The position numbers and the translations under genes were made by a program. Below, one piece after another: positions 41,101-54,321 of a stretch of DNA of 64,000 nucleotides. The DNA comes from Azolla caroliniana. Its lineage: Eukaryota; Plantae; Polypodiophyta. The stretch lies in NCBI GenBank assembly GCA_043228905.1, contig JBHGNT010000005.1, positions 17,546,001 to 17,610,000 of the forward strand, given 5' to 3'. Under the pieces are notes generated by a model. That model did no database searches and was not told where the DNA came from. It worked only from the letters and a program-made list of their open reading frames with translations. How positions within the stretch are numbered: position 1 is the stretch's first letter; the number at the start of each line of letters is the position of its first letter.

Positions 41101-44100
41101 AACCCACCATAAGTGATCACACCTACACGATGCACTTGGCTGATGGAAGAGTACAATACATCAACGGGGTGATTCATTCATTAGGAATTTCTATTGATAC
41201 TTATATAGAGGAAGTAGATTTCCATGTAATGAATCTTTGTACCACCGATATAATACTGGGTTATCCCTGGTTTTATAATAAAAACTCTTCTTTATCTATT
41301 GATTGGGTTCATCATTCAATTACATTTGTACTGAACGATTGTACTCATTTTATTCAATGTGTAAAAAAACAATCCCTCTCGATTGTTTCCTCGTGTCCAT
41401 CAATATCCGAGTTGTCTTGTTCTACTCTATTTTATTGTGTACTTGATCCGGACATTCACGTTTATAATATCGATAATGTCTCGGTTCAATTAACACATTT
41501 TGAACAACAACAACTTGATGAAATCTTAAATGATTTTCGATATGTTTTTCCGAGTGAACTACCAGATGGCTTACCTCCTAAACGTAATATAGACCATCGT
41601 ATAGATATTGTACCTGGTGTTGCACCAATAAGTATACCTCCTTATCACTTAAGTCGATCCGAAGAGGATGAGGTATCTAAGCAACTCAAGGAATATTTAC
41701 GAATGGGTTATATACGTTATAGTAAATCTCCATGGGGTGCACCAGTTCTCTTGGTTAAAAAGAAAGAGGGCACATGGCGTATGTGTATTAATTATTGACG
41801 CTTGAATAAAGTGACGATCAAGAATTCGTACCCATTGCCCCAGGCTGACGATCTAATTGACCATCTCCAGGGAGCTCGGTATTTTACAAAACTTGATCTC
41901 CGTACTGGCTACCATCAAATACGAATAAGTGAGGACGATGTTCCTAAAACGACATTTCGTACGCGCTATGGCCATTACGAGTTTTTGGTTATGCCTTTTA
42001 GTTTGACCAATGCTCCGGCTACTTTTCAACAAGAAATGAATGACATTTTCCGAGAACAACTTGGAAAATTTGTCGTTATTTTCTTGAATGATATTTTAGT
42101 TTATAGCCATACATTAAAAGAACATGCTAGACATGTCCGCTTTGTTTTACAAACATTGCGTGACAAACAGTTTTATGCGAAGATCTCAAATGTGAGTTCT
42201 TCAAGAAATCAATTACTTATCTAGGACATCTCATAACCGAACGAGGAGTTGAAATTGATCCTTCTCGCATTGAGAAAATCAAGCTTTGGCCCACTCTTCG
42301 GAATATTTGAGAAGTTCGATCATTCCTTGGTTTTGTTGGGTTTTTGCAAAAGTCTCTTCGTAATTACTCCCAATTAACAACGCCGTTTACTGATCTTTTA
42401 AAAGGTCAAACGTGTAAGTCTACAAAACCTATTGTGTGGAATGCTACACTAGACCTCGCCTTTAAGGAACTCAAGGACCTGGTTTGCAAGGCTCCGTCAC
42501 TTTTTTTACCTGATCCTTCAAAATCTTTTGAGGTTGAAACCGATGCAAGTGATTATGCTATGGGTGCTGTCTTATATCAAGATGGTAAACCAATAGTATT
42601 CGAGAGTAAGAAACTTGATTCTGCTCAATGTTGGTATACCGTTCAAGAAAAGGAATTATTTGCAATTATACATGCGCTCAAAACATGGCGCCATTATCTT
42701 TATGGAAATCTCTTTGTGGTAACTACGGACCATGAGTCCTTGAAATATTTTTGTGACCAACAAGACCTGAAAGGTCATAAGGCACGATGGGCTGATCTCA
42801 TCCAGGACTTTGATTTTTCCATACGATATCGTAAAGGTTCCATGAACACTGTCGCTGATGCACTAAGTCACATCCGTGAAGTTAACATGCTTAGCTTCAC
42901 TGAAATAACATCAGATCTTTATGATCACCTTCGAGGAAAGTATCCTGATGACGGTTATTTTGCAAAATACTGAGCAAGAGTTGAGTCTGGAACAGACACC
43001 ACCACATCCTCGAAGGAATACTTCCACATTGCTAACGGTTTGCTCTAGCGTAATGGGAAGGTTTGTGTTCTAGATTTACCCGAGGTCAAAAAGAGGATTC
43101 TTTTTGAATGCCATGATGCACCCTCAACAGGGCACCCTGGAATACATCGTACACTCGTTCTCATCTCCACTCAATTTTATTGGCCTAAGATGCATCCTGA
43201 CATACATAGTTATGTGACTAAATGTCACCAGTGTTAGGTTAACAAAGCCGAGCGACTTAAAGCCGTAGGACTTTTACATCCCTTGGACATTCCCAATAAT
43301 AAGTGGGAAAGTATATCCATGGATTTTATTGTTAGCCTTCCTCGCACCCAAAAAGGCCATGACGCCATCTGGGTTGTGGTTGATCGACTAACTAAAATGG
43401 CCAAATTTATTGCTACTAAAACCACGGTAACATCTCCTGAATTGGATTACCAATTCGTTGACGAATTATTTCGTTTTTATGGGTTACCGATGGATATCGT
43501 GAGTGATCGAGATCCAAAGTTTACTAGTGACTTCTGGACGCAAGTCTTTAAGAAGTTAGAAACTACGTTGAGCATGAGCTCCACGGATCACCCTCAATCC
43601 GATGGACAGACAGAACAAGTAAATCAAATTATTGAGGACATGCTTCGAGCATACGTTGGTGCAAAACCAACAAAATGGGAACGTTATCTCCCAATTTTGG
43701 AGTTTGCTTATAACAGCTCCAAGCATACATCGACGGGATATAGTCCTTTTATGTTGATGTATGGTTTTCAGCCACGAGCCCCGATTGATGTTAATATACA
43801 TCATGATGAGTTGCGAAGTACGCAAAAATTTCTTCGGGATATGCAAGATATGTTGCATATTGCACGAGATAATATAAAAACAACTCAAGATAGAGCGCGT
43901 TTTTATGCCGACCATCATAGGCAACCTCGTGTATTCAACCCTAGACAGAAGGTATTTTTACGTGTACTTCACAATTCTAAGACATTGTCTACGGGTAAGT
44001 GCGCTAAGTTAACCCCACGGTTTTGTGGACCTTTTACAGTCCTCAAACGCATTGGGTCCTCAGCCTATCGTCTCGCTCTTCCTGATGGTGTTGGAATTCA

Positions 44101-44390
44101 TCTAGTCTTCCATGTGAGTCGTCTAAAAGAACTTCTAGGTTCTGGCGACCAACACAGTTACAACTGAAACTCTGGTTACTTCTAAAGAATTATCTTCTAA
44201 ACCACAGGTACCAGAAAGAATTCTCGATGTTAAAACAAAAAAGTTACGTACTAAAGAAATCCGAGAATTTAAAATAAAATGGATGGACAAATTGATCAAA
44301 GATGCCACATGGGAACGCGAGAATACTCTAATAACAAACTTCCCTAACTTTCCATTGCAAGAGTGCAATGTTTTAAAGAAGGGGAGTATG
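38142..44390 (+). pseudogene. gag-pol of Gypsy E (interrupted by F; stops and frameshifts)
   Basis: Gag starts 38142 and resumes 40154; CVFCKKKGH knuckle, LFDSGSSHNF protease, [45 protein letters not shown], chromodomain PERILDVK...IKW...ATWE. Confidence 0.9.
38313..40153 (-). mobile_element. Truncated Gypsy element F (LTR + tRNA-Trp PBS + partial gag)
   Basis: LTR 39364-40153 (tgtcgt...acgaca); PBS tggtgaacccgacgtgaa 39342-39359, matching the tRNA-Trp 3' end; gag-like ORF (FNGNDVSRYLRDY) from ~39325 to ~38370; ACGT at 38309-38312 and 40154-40157. Confidence 0.8.
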
Positions 44391-46047
44391 TTACGGGCAT
44401 GACCATTTAATATCCCGTGGTGAGAGTTTACCGTAGTATTCTATACACGTGGATAAGTGTGAGGGTTAAACGAGAGTGTAAAGAAGGGGAGGATTACTTT
44501 TAATCTTCGGGATTGAGACAACCCATTAGGTCAAGTGTGAACTTGCCTGGGGGCCTTGGGTATCGCTATAAATAAGAGGCCTAGCTACCCTCATTTGATC
44601 ATCTTTTTGACTACATTGAGACTCTGCTCTTGTGGTGGGTCAACTCTTGTAGCGAGCGCACCAGCACCAGGTACGACTCGACGCCATGACGGTGGTATGG
44701 GACGCCGATCGAGGCTCGAGTTTGTCTCGATCCCTTCGCTCGGGGGTGGTCGGGTGGATCGGCATCCTTCTTTCTCTTTCTCCTTTCTATCTATCATTAT
44801 TTTATCCTTATCTTAAGCTTACTTTAGTACCTAGATCTCTAATATCCTGGTTGGATCCGTACGAGGTTATATGCGCCTTGTAAGTCGATCTTTGTGAAGA
44901 ATTTTGCACCATTAACCCGTTCTAAAAGACTCGAGACAAGGGGAAGTGCACACCTATTCCTCATGGTGACCTTATTTAAGCCACGGTAATCTACGATAAG
45001 ACGAAGTGATCCATCCTTTTTCTTGAATCTTGACAAAGAAAATGGGTGCGGCGGCTGGAGATTTCAAATGTCGAATGAACCTGTTCGCCAAATTCTCCTC
45101 TATGTAGGCTCGAAGGACTTCTAGCTCGGTTGGTTACAAGTTGTAAATCAGTCCCCATCGTAGCTCTTTTCCTGGTTGTAAATCAATGGGACAATCATAC
45201 GGTCGATGGTGAGGAAGAGTACTGGCTTGTACCTTATCAAACACGTCGGCATAATGATGATACTTCTCTGGAAGTTGAACTATGGATTCCTCTTTAGTGG
45301 TGCTGGAAGGTTTTATTGATACCGCGAATACAAACGTTGATTCCTTGTCTCCTTCTTCGCGCAGTTGATGTAGCGAAATGGTTGAAACCTTATGACTAGC
45401 TTCTCGAGGTTGTCAATACCGGATTTCTCTTGTTCTCCAATCTATGTCTAGATTGTGTAACTCGAACCATGGTAACCCCAAAACAATGGGATGTTCTGGA
45501 CTATTAATTAAATTGAATGATACTACACATGTCAAATTATCTAGGACAACACTAATTGGCTCTAACTCTTCTACGATTTTTCCGGAAGCAATGGGGTGAC
45601 CATCAATGATTACTATAGAGGCTGGGCAAGGGAGTTTTCTTAGGGATATCTGATGAGCTTGGGCAAAATTCTTATCCATGAAGCAAGAATTAGCTCCGAA
45701 ATCTAGGAGTGCTAAGACATGGACTAGAGAGATACTTTTAGTACTAATTGTTACTTAAGCTAGGAAGACATTGCTCACTTGTTTGGACTTAATCGTTTAA
45801 CTCTTCTTCTAGTTGACTAAGGATTTCAAATTTGTTTGAAAGGCTTGGGCTATTAGGACTATCAGACACGCATAGAGAAATAGACTCAACTTTAATACTA
45901 TTAGTACTAGCGGATATTTGATTTACGTGTCTTCTCGGCCCATGGGGATAGTTCACTGCAATATGCCTTAGTCCACCACAATAAAGACATAATTGATTTG
46001 CTCGACGTCGCTATTTTTCCTCTTTCGATAGTGGTCCGCGACGACGT

Positions 46048-47305
46048 TGTCGTGAAGATTTTCGGCAATGGTGTGAAAATCACATAAAACTACAAAAGGA
46101 TGGAGGTCTTGAAGAGCTTTCGGATGCACTTTACTACATAAGAAACAGACATATAAGTGTCAACTTATGTGGGTATGAAGTTTTGCAAAAGAAAAAAAGA
46201 AAAAGAAACTGTGAAATATCCCACATAGATAAGAAAGTTAAGGCCCTGGCTATATAACCACATTAAGATCCCTTATTTTTCATTTGTGCTAAGAGCACTT
46301 TGGCCACTTTGTCTAGATGGATGAATGTGGCCAAATTCCCAAAAATCGATTGACAATAAAATGGAATCGGCTGGTAATGGAACCGGAATCGGCCGATAAG
46401 CTGGAAACCAAACCTGAACTGGCCGGAAAGCAAACCGGGACCGGTCGGTAAGCAAACTAGAACCGGTCGGTAAGCAAACTGGAACTGACCGGAAAGCAAA
46501 TTGGAACCAGTTGGTAAGCAAACCAGAACCGGCCGATAATCAAATCAGAACCGACGAAATCGACAATCGGATGGTGTCGGAAACCAGGCGAAACCGACAA
46601 CCAGCGACCAGACGGAACCGGTGATCGGGCAGAACCGGCGACTGAACGGATCGATCGGGTCGGTTGATCGCGGTGCATGGTGTCTTAAAGATATTTGGTC
46701 TAAAAGCTTAATAGTCTTTTGTGTATAAAAGAAAAATATGTAAGCAAGACTCGAACTTAACACCTCCAAGATAGGAAGCAATAGGCTTACCATCAAGCCA
46801 AACCCTTTCTTTAGAGATTATATTTTTATCATTATAACTTTACATGTAAATTCTCATACATGAGAGCTAAAGTGAGTGACATGGTTATCATGCACCACAT
46901 GTAATACATGAGCGCCAAATGGCAAACATGCATTTTATGCATCTCTTGTACCCTCAAATGCATGAGGGCATCTATAAAAGAAGGGGGGGGGGGGGGGGAA
47001 GATGAAAGGACTAATGTAAAATTCTTATGAAGAGCTTTGTACTTTATATCAAATTTAATATTAAGAAGAAAATTCGTTATCCTTTTGATAATATACCTTG
47101 TTCTTCAAATCTAAAGTCAAGAGTTCAATCTTAATCTCTCTCTCAATCTAAAACCAAGCGTTCTATCTTATCTCAATCTCTCTCTCTCTTTCAATCTATC
47201 TTAAATCCTTTCTCGCTAAAGCTAGCGCCAACCTCGAGTCCTTCCGGTCCAGAAACCCGACGGTTCTGCCTCACGATCCATGCGTACTGACGGATCTTCA
47301 CGACA
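46048..47305 (+). mobile_element. Solo LTR G (1258 bp), same broad group as F
   Basis: 12-bp terminal inverted repeat tgtcgtgaagat/atcttcacgaca; 4-bp TSD ACGT at 46044-46047 and 47306-47309; removal restores the A gag frame (TTRRRGP); AACCGG-rich repeats at 46370-46660. Confidence 0.88.
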
Positions 47306-48249
47306 ACGTGTGGTGTTGATTTCCATTAGAGTGGGAGTATTTGCTGGAGATGCATTAAATGACTCCCTTGGTAAACGTTTTGCTACAACTGAAGCATAAG
47401 TGGGCTCCAATCTTGTCCTCGGCATTTGGAACTGACGTTCCGAACGTCGTTTGAAAAGGCAGTTATTGCATCGTACTGCGTGACTGATTGCTTTTGTCAA
47501 TGTCTTTGGTTCTTCGGGGAAGGTCAAGAGTAAATCCTTGACATCATTACGTAGGCCATAACGAAATTGTTCCATTAATGTTTGGTCATCCCAGGGAATA
47601 TCGGTGGCGAGAAGACGGAAATTTGTAGCATAAGCTGAGGCCGACCAATCACCTTGATGCAATCTTCGGGTTTTGTTGATTGTCGTCTTAACACTATCGG
47701 TATCTCCAAAATAGGCTTTAAACTCGCTAATAAACTCTTCAAAATTATTTAACAAAGGAGAGTTTTTTTCTAACAAGGGGGCGAACCATGTCAAAGTCGT
47801 GTCACTAAGTAGTGTGCCTACTAGCCCCACTCGTGATGCATCGGTGGGATATCGAGAAGGATGCATTTGAATCACTAAACATACCTAATTAAGAAATCCT
47901 CTAAACTGTGATCGCTTCTCGTCAAATTTCATAGGAAGATTGATTTTGGGTTCTTTGGGAGTCCCTTGAGTGCTTGATCCTTGTTGTTGTAATGACACAA
48001 TAGTCACTTCAAGTTGTTGCACACGTAATGTCAGCTCCCCGTGTTGTTTTTCTAGAGCTACTTGTTGAAGATCCCCCAAAAGACGTTGATTTTCTTGTTC
48101 TAGCGCTACAAACTTTTCTTTTAAGCATTGGAGCTTCAAGAAAACAGTTTGGTATTCTTGAGCGCTAACCATTGCCATTTAGTAAGAGGATAAGAGGATT
48201 TAGTATGAAGGGAAAGGAGGAATAAGAGGATGACTAATTCGGTTCAAAC

Positions 48250-48825
48250 TATCAAGAATTGCACTAAGACAGAGAGAGAATTAGTACTAGAGATGAGGAT
48301 TGGTACTAATGGGAAAAAAGATGTATTGTTAGGATTAGTACTAAGACAGATAGAGAATTAGTACTAGAGATGAGGATTGGTACTAATGGGAAAAAAGATG
48401 TATTGTTAGGAATAGTACTAAGACAGAGAGGGAATTAGTACTAGAGATGAGGATTAATACTAAGAGGAAAAAAGGTGTAGAACTCTCTCTCTCTCTCTCT
48501 CTCTCGATTGATGGTAACAAACGATATATTATATTATATGAAGAGAATATACAAGAATATCTAGGAGGCTTAAGACTGATGTTGAACCAAATTGGTTCTC
48601 AATAATGCCATGTGCCTCTTTTTATAGTATGCTTAGGAGTACTCTTGATATTTCTAGAATGTTCCAGAGAAATCTAGAATATACATGGATTTCCTAAGTG
48701 AAATAATAAATGGAAATAATGTTTTTTGTATTACAATGTATAGCTTAATGGTAAGGCTTCAACCCATGTGACATAAGGTTATGGGTTCGAATCTTTTTGA
48801 AGCCATACCATGCTATATCATGACA
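48250..48825 (-). repeat. 5' LTR of Gypsy A with 77-bp U5 triplication
   Basis: Homologous to 13981-14421; the unit actaagacagag...gttagga.tagt starts at 48263, 48340 and 48417. Confidence 0.9.
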
Positions 48826-49133
48826 ACTGGTTAGGTTGAAAGTCATCATAGAATTCACTCTATGCCGCATCATGAACATTCTGCCACGATCGCCGTAGTT
48901 AGAATTTGAGGCAAAGTTGCTAAGTTGTTGACTTGTGAAAGTCAACTCACTTTTCTTCTTTTGAGACTCTACCTCATAGTGGCCATATTTGCCACAATAT
49001 CTGCACTAGACGGAGTTGTTTTGTCGGTTTGGTTCAGCATGATGAATCCCCCTTTTGCCAGATGCTCCTCCTCGCAAATTCAAAACGTTTTGCCAGTAGT
49101 AGAAGTTGTGGGCATGGGATTGTCCTTGGTTGT

Positions 49134-52100
49134 TGTTGAGAATCGACCAACCACAACCGGCTTCACGTTCGTATGCGGGTGTAAGGAAACGAGCGAAATA
49201 GATACACAGACAGAAAATGAGGAAAAACAGAGACATTGATATTTAAAGTGGAAACCTAAAGTGGGAAAAACCATAGGGGTCCACAAACCCCAAGAAACAG
49301 ATCACTATGAAAAGGAGAAGTACAAATAAGAAACTCGGAGGCAATGACCTCAAGTTCTCATTCGTCTGACAGACGACTATAGAGTTATACTCTCACACTC
49401 TCACAGTTACAAAGGCAACTACCACATGTCTAACTATACAACAATAATGATAAACTACTACCACTTAAAGTTTGCCCTAGTTGTTTATATACTACAACAA
49501 CTTTCTGGCTATTTACAAGTATAGCCCACAAGGAGCATATTTGGACTATTTACAAATATAGTCTCCCGATTTTGGAAATCGATTTTCAGCCTCGGCCGAG
49601 CTTGCTCATCAATTTTGGCTCATCCCATCCGGAGGGACCTGGTTTTCCCAACAAACTCCCCCTTCACTCCGACATGGGGTACTTCATCGATCCAACTTTC
49701 TGTTGGCACTCATTCAACTTCTTTACTGACAACACCTTCGTCTGCATGAGATCCATTTTTGGCCATCTGTATCTTCATTAGAGAAAAATCCTTTTCTTCT
49801 ACTCACTCTTAGAGACAATGATATCTTCTTTGGATGTGCTTGGTTCTCGAGTAGTAGGCGACATTCTTTGCAAGGTGGATGGCACTCTTATTATCGCAAT
49901 AGAGTCGGAATTCTTCTTGTCGAATTCCCAACTCACTGATAAACTCCTTCATCCATATTACTTCCTTGTTGGCTTCCGTTGCAGCCATATACTCGGCTTT
50001 CGTGGTCGATAATGCCCCAGCCTTCTACAGCCTCGATTGCAACGAAACAACTCCCCTTGCATAAGTCATCACGTATCCGGACGTGGATCGGCTGGTATCG
50101 ATATCAGCCGACATGTCTGAGTCCGTGTAGCCTTCCAATGTGGGATTACCCGAGCCGAATCGAAGACACATTCGAGGTGCCTCTCAGGTACCGAAGTATC
50201 CACTTCATAGCAGCCCAATGCTCTCTTCCGGGATTGCTCATATATCGGCAGACCACTTCAACTGCATATCCAATGTCTGGCCTAGTACATACCATTGTGT
50301 ACATCAGGCTTCCGATTGCTGAGCCATAAGGGACTTTTGACATCTTGGCCTTCTCAGTTTTCGATTTTGAACATTGATCTTTGGTCAGCTTGTAGTTCGT
50401 CGGCAGTGTCGAGTCGACCGATTTCGCGCTTTCCATGCCAAATCTCTAGATCACTTTTGTCACGTATTTCTCATGTGACAACCATAACAACTTCTTTGTT
50501 CGATCCTGAACAATGTGCATTCCCAGGATTTGTTTTGTCGAACCCATATCTTTCATCAAGAACGACCTACTCAAGGCCTTCTTCAACACTCAGATCTTCA
50601 TATGGTCCCGTCCGACAATCAACACGTCGTCCACGTACAGCAAGAGGATGAGGAAATCTCCCCCGTCGAACTTCTTCACAAACACACAGTGATCAACTTG
50701 CGTTTTGTGGTACCCGTTGTCGGTCATGAAGGTTTCGAATTTTCAATACCATTGTCGAGGTGCTTGCTTCAGCCCATATAGGCTCTTCCTCAATCGGCAT
50801 GCCAGTTTCTCTTTACATTTCTCAACGAATCATTCCAGCTTGTGCATATAGATCTCCGCTTCGAGATCACCGTGCAGAAATGCCGTCTTGACATCCAATT
50901 ACTCGACTTCGAGCTTCATGCTGGTTGCTATGCTCAACATTGTTCAGATTGACGTCATCTTCACAACCGGGGCAAATATTTCGTTGAAATCAATTCCCTT
51001 CTTTTGCTGTAAACCTTTCACGACAATTCGTGCTTTGTATCTGGGTGGATTTCCGCCATCTCCCAACTTTAGTTTGTATACTCACTTATTCCGTAGTGCC
51101 TTCTTCCCTTTCAGCAACTCGATCAGTTCTTATGTATGGTTCTCATGCAAGGAATCCATCTCCTCTTGCATGACACTTAACCACTTTCGGTTGTGGGTAT
51201 CGTGTTTAGCTTCTTCAAAGCTTTCCGGCTCCCCCTCATCAGTTAGCAATACACGCTCTTCAACCAGAAATCTTCGGGGGGCTCTGCTTTCTCTTAGGGG
51301 GTATCTTTGACCTCCATTCGGCATGGTCAGTTCTTCTTCGACTTCTTCGGCCGAGTCAAATTCGGTTCCTCATTCGGTCGGTTCCCCTTGTTCTTCAGTT
51401 GGTTCTCGATTTTGCCAAGTATTAAATCGGCGGACTGGCTCGTATTCAATTTTGATCAAATCGACTTCTACTCAATTCAGTCGAGCGTCAACTCGACTCA
51501 ATTCGGTAGTTAGAGACTTATTCTCAATCTCCTAATCAACTATTGTCTTTTCCTCCATGAAGACAATGTTGTAGCTCCTAATCACTTTCTTCTCGGCTAA
51601 GTCCCATAGCGGATAACCGAATTCATCACTGTCGTAGCCGAGAAATATGCATGGTTGAGATTTGGATCCAGCTTCCCCCTCTGATCCTTTGCAATATGCA
51701 CATAGGCAAAACAACCGAACACCCTCAAGTGTCGATACGATACGTCTTTGCCGCTCCACACCCTTTGTAGAATATCACCGTCCAAGGGTACTGAGGGTGA
51801 TCGATTTATCCCATACACTATCGTCATCAACGCCTCAGCCCATGACGTCTTTGGTAACTTCGCATGTGCAAGCATACTTCAGACCCTATCCATTATGATC
51901 CAGTTCATTCTCTTGGCCAACCCATTAAGCTCTGCCGTCTTTGGCACAGTGGACTCGAGCCAGATTCCCTATGCTCAGAAATATTTTTCGAATGGTCCGC
52001 GATACTCTCCATCATTATCCGCTTGGACTGCCTTCAGTTTTTGGCCAGTTTCCCTCTTGGCCTTGGTCCTTTTCGGCTAGCATCTGCATTCCCTTTTGGC

Positions 52101-53666
52101 TCATGTGGCACAACCTCTTATGCCACAACTCACTAGCTGTGTCAGCTGCCTTGTTTACCTCCTTTTGGCATAATCGAGCATGCATCAAATACAGTGTGTT
52201 TGTCTTTAGGGTTCGAACCACGATTAGGCTCCCTTTGCAAAACTTCATGACGCCGTTCCGGATGGTACTCATGTAGCCTTCGTCATCCTGCCGACTGGTT
52301 GATATCAAGTTCAATCGAACTTCCAGAACGTGTCATACATCTCTCAACACAAGTCTGCACCCGGTTGATGTTACCAAACACACATCTCCTATGCCGACAA
52401 TTTGACATGCTCCTTCATTTCCCATCTTTACAGATCCAAGATCTCCGGCTCTGTAAGATGAGAAGCATTTTCGGTCAGCGGTTAGTTGGAATGATGCACC
52501 CGAATTGACGACCCATGTCGATTCATCGCCAACAAGGTTTACTTTGTTTTGCTCACTGATGAGCAACAACTCCTCCTCACTTGTCATGATTGCCGAGGTT
52601 TTTCTTGCTGTTCAAAATCTTCTTTGATTGCACACCATTGGCTCCCCCTTTTTCCTTTCGGAAATGTTGACAATTTGCTTTTAGAAGTGCCCCGGCTTCC
52701 CACAATAGAAGCACGTGGGCATTCCCTTTGACTTCGACCTTGTCCCCGACTTATCTCGATTTTGGGGACTTCGATTTTGGCCTCTTCCTCGATTCGTGTC
52801 ACTTTCCATGACAAGGGCCTTCTGGTCGGTATTGGACTCTTAGTCCTTCCGGCGAGCTTCTTCATTCAATAAGCTTGACTTCACCTACTCTAGGGATAAG
52901 TCTTTCCCTTGTGGTCCTGTGTTGCCTAATGTGACAACCAACATCTCCTAGCTATTCGGAAGGGATCCCAACAACAATGCTAATACCTTGTCGACAAGAG
53001 GTACTTCTAGAGACGTGGTTTGATTCATCAGTCCTTGGAAGGCATTAATGTGCTCTGCCATGCTAGAGCTGTCTTGATACTGGAGTCTCACGATTTTTTT
53101 GAAAACTGAGACTTTGTTCACGATGTTTTTGTTTTCGAACATCACACCAATATTCTTACAGAGGATGTTGACACTCGTCTCTTCATCAAAGTTGTTGTAT
53201 AGACTCATGTCTATAAAACACCTTATATATGTTGCCGCCTTCAGATGCATGACTTCCCAAGTCGATGCATCGATCTTGTTTGGTCTTTTATCTCCGAATT
53301 GCACCGGCAGCCAGAGGTCTTTGCACATGAGCATGTCTCTCATCTTCGACTTCCACACTGACTAGTGGAGCCAATTAACTTGAATATGCCGCCGAATGAG
53401 TCTTCCATAGCTCTGATACCAATTTGTTGAGAATCGACTGGCCACAATCAGTTTCACGTTTGTATGCGGGTGCAAAGAAACGAGAGAAATAGATACACAG
53501 ACAAAAAATGAGGAAAAATAGAAAGAACAAAGAAACTGATATTTAACGTGGAAACCCGAACTGGGAAAAACTATGGGGGTCCAGAAACCCCAAGAAACAG
53601 ATCACTACGAAAAGGAGAAGTACAAATAAGAAACTCGGAGGCAACGACCTCGAGTTCTCCTTCGTC
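49134..53666 (-). mobile_element. Copia element J (Tnt1/Tork-like), 5' LTR truncated
   Basis: 3' LTR 49134-49653, PPT 49654-49667, iMet PBS 53410-53421, partial 5' LTR 53425-53666. Degenerate gag-pol (WVVNSGASF, LWHKRLCHMS, KVPYGSAIGSLMY..CTRPDI). Confidence 0.88.
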
Positions 53667-54321
53667 ATGGGCTTGGATCAAGCTACCAATCGCTCTAATA
53701 CCATGTAAAGAATCGGGTGTGATTCTGTGCAGCGGAAGAGATGTGCGCGTGTGTGTATGTGCATGAGAGAGAGAGAGAGAGAGAGAGAACACAAGGTAAT
53801 TAGAAAACTAGAAAACTGCATTAACAAAGGAAAACAACAACCAACAACATTACAAAGAAGAGGAGAATGTGCTTATGTAGTCACTTTCTCTCTATGTTCT
53901 CTCACTACAACCACCTCTTGTGAAGGAGGTGGAGACTTAACTATGTGTCATAGGACTTAACTTCTACGACACATTAGTTATGATACAAAGTGGTGGGATG
54001 TTCACACACTTGGCTATTCCTCACACACTAAGGAAGTTGAATTTGATTCTCAAAACGTATTAAGGATTGCATTTTTTGTTTTATATCTCAAGAAATAGAA
54101 ATCGATCGAGGAAAATGGAAGGTCTCACTCACATTAATGATTATGGTTTGATCGATATGTTTTTTTTTTTGCGCTTTCACATTAACGATTTGGATCCAAT
54201 CGGAACGATTACGAGGATACGAAATCGGTGGTGTCCGGAAGGATGGCATTATTTGTGTTATTAATGTGCTTCTTAGGTTATATCTAATCCTTCTTCTTCT
54301 GCTCATGAAACCCTTCTCCTC

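Larger units (their letters stand above)
35991..44844 (+). mobile_element. Full-length Gypsy chromovirus element E (iMet PBS)
   Basis: 456-bp LTRs 35991-36446 and 44389-44844; PBS tggtatcagagc 36449-36460; PPT 44375-44388; TSD TCCTG at 35986-35990 and 44845-44849. Confidence 0.95.
13981..48825 (-). mobile_element. Gypsy chromovirus element A (Tcn1/Tf1-like, self-priming type), split by elements H, B, E and G
   Basis: 3' LTR ~13981-14421 with PPT at 14422-14436; 5' LTR 48250-48825. Gag 48178-47306; PR/RT 46047-44845; RT 35990-35785; RT/RH 21994-20677; chromodomain-like end ILDYKIVRNKLYYLVDWLG ~14540-14600. Reading frames resume across each insertion. Confidence 0.85.
13225..54025 (-). mobile_element. 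Copia element I, fragmented host of the nest
   Basis: Integrase fragment ~13225-13984 (VHSDVW..., YVAFIDDFSRHTW, KRQKLDPK..KCI). Gag zinc-knuckle fragment 48826-49133 (CRYCGKYGHYE). iMet PBS 53692-53703 and probable 5' LTR 53704-~54025. Assigning these pieces to one element is inference. Confidence 0.55.
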
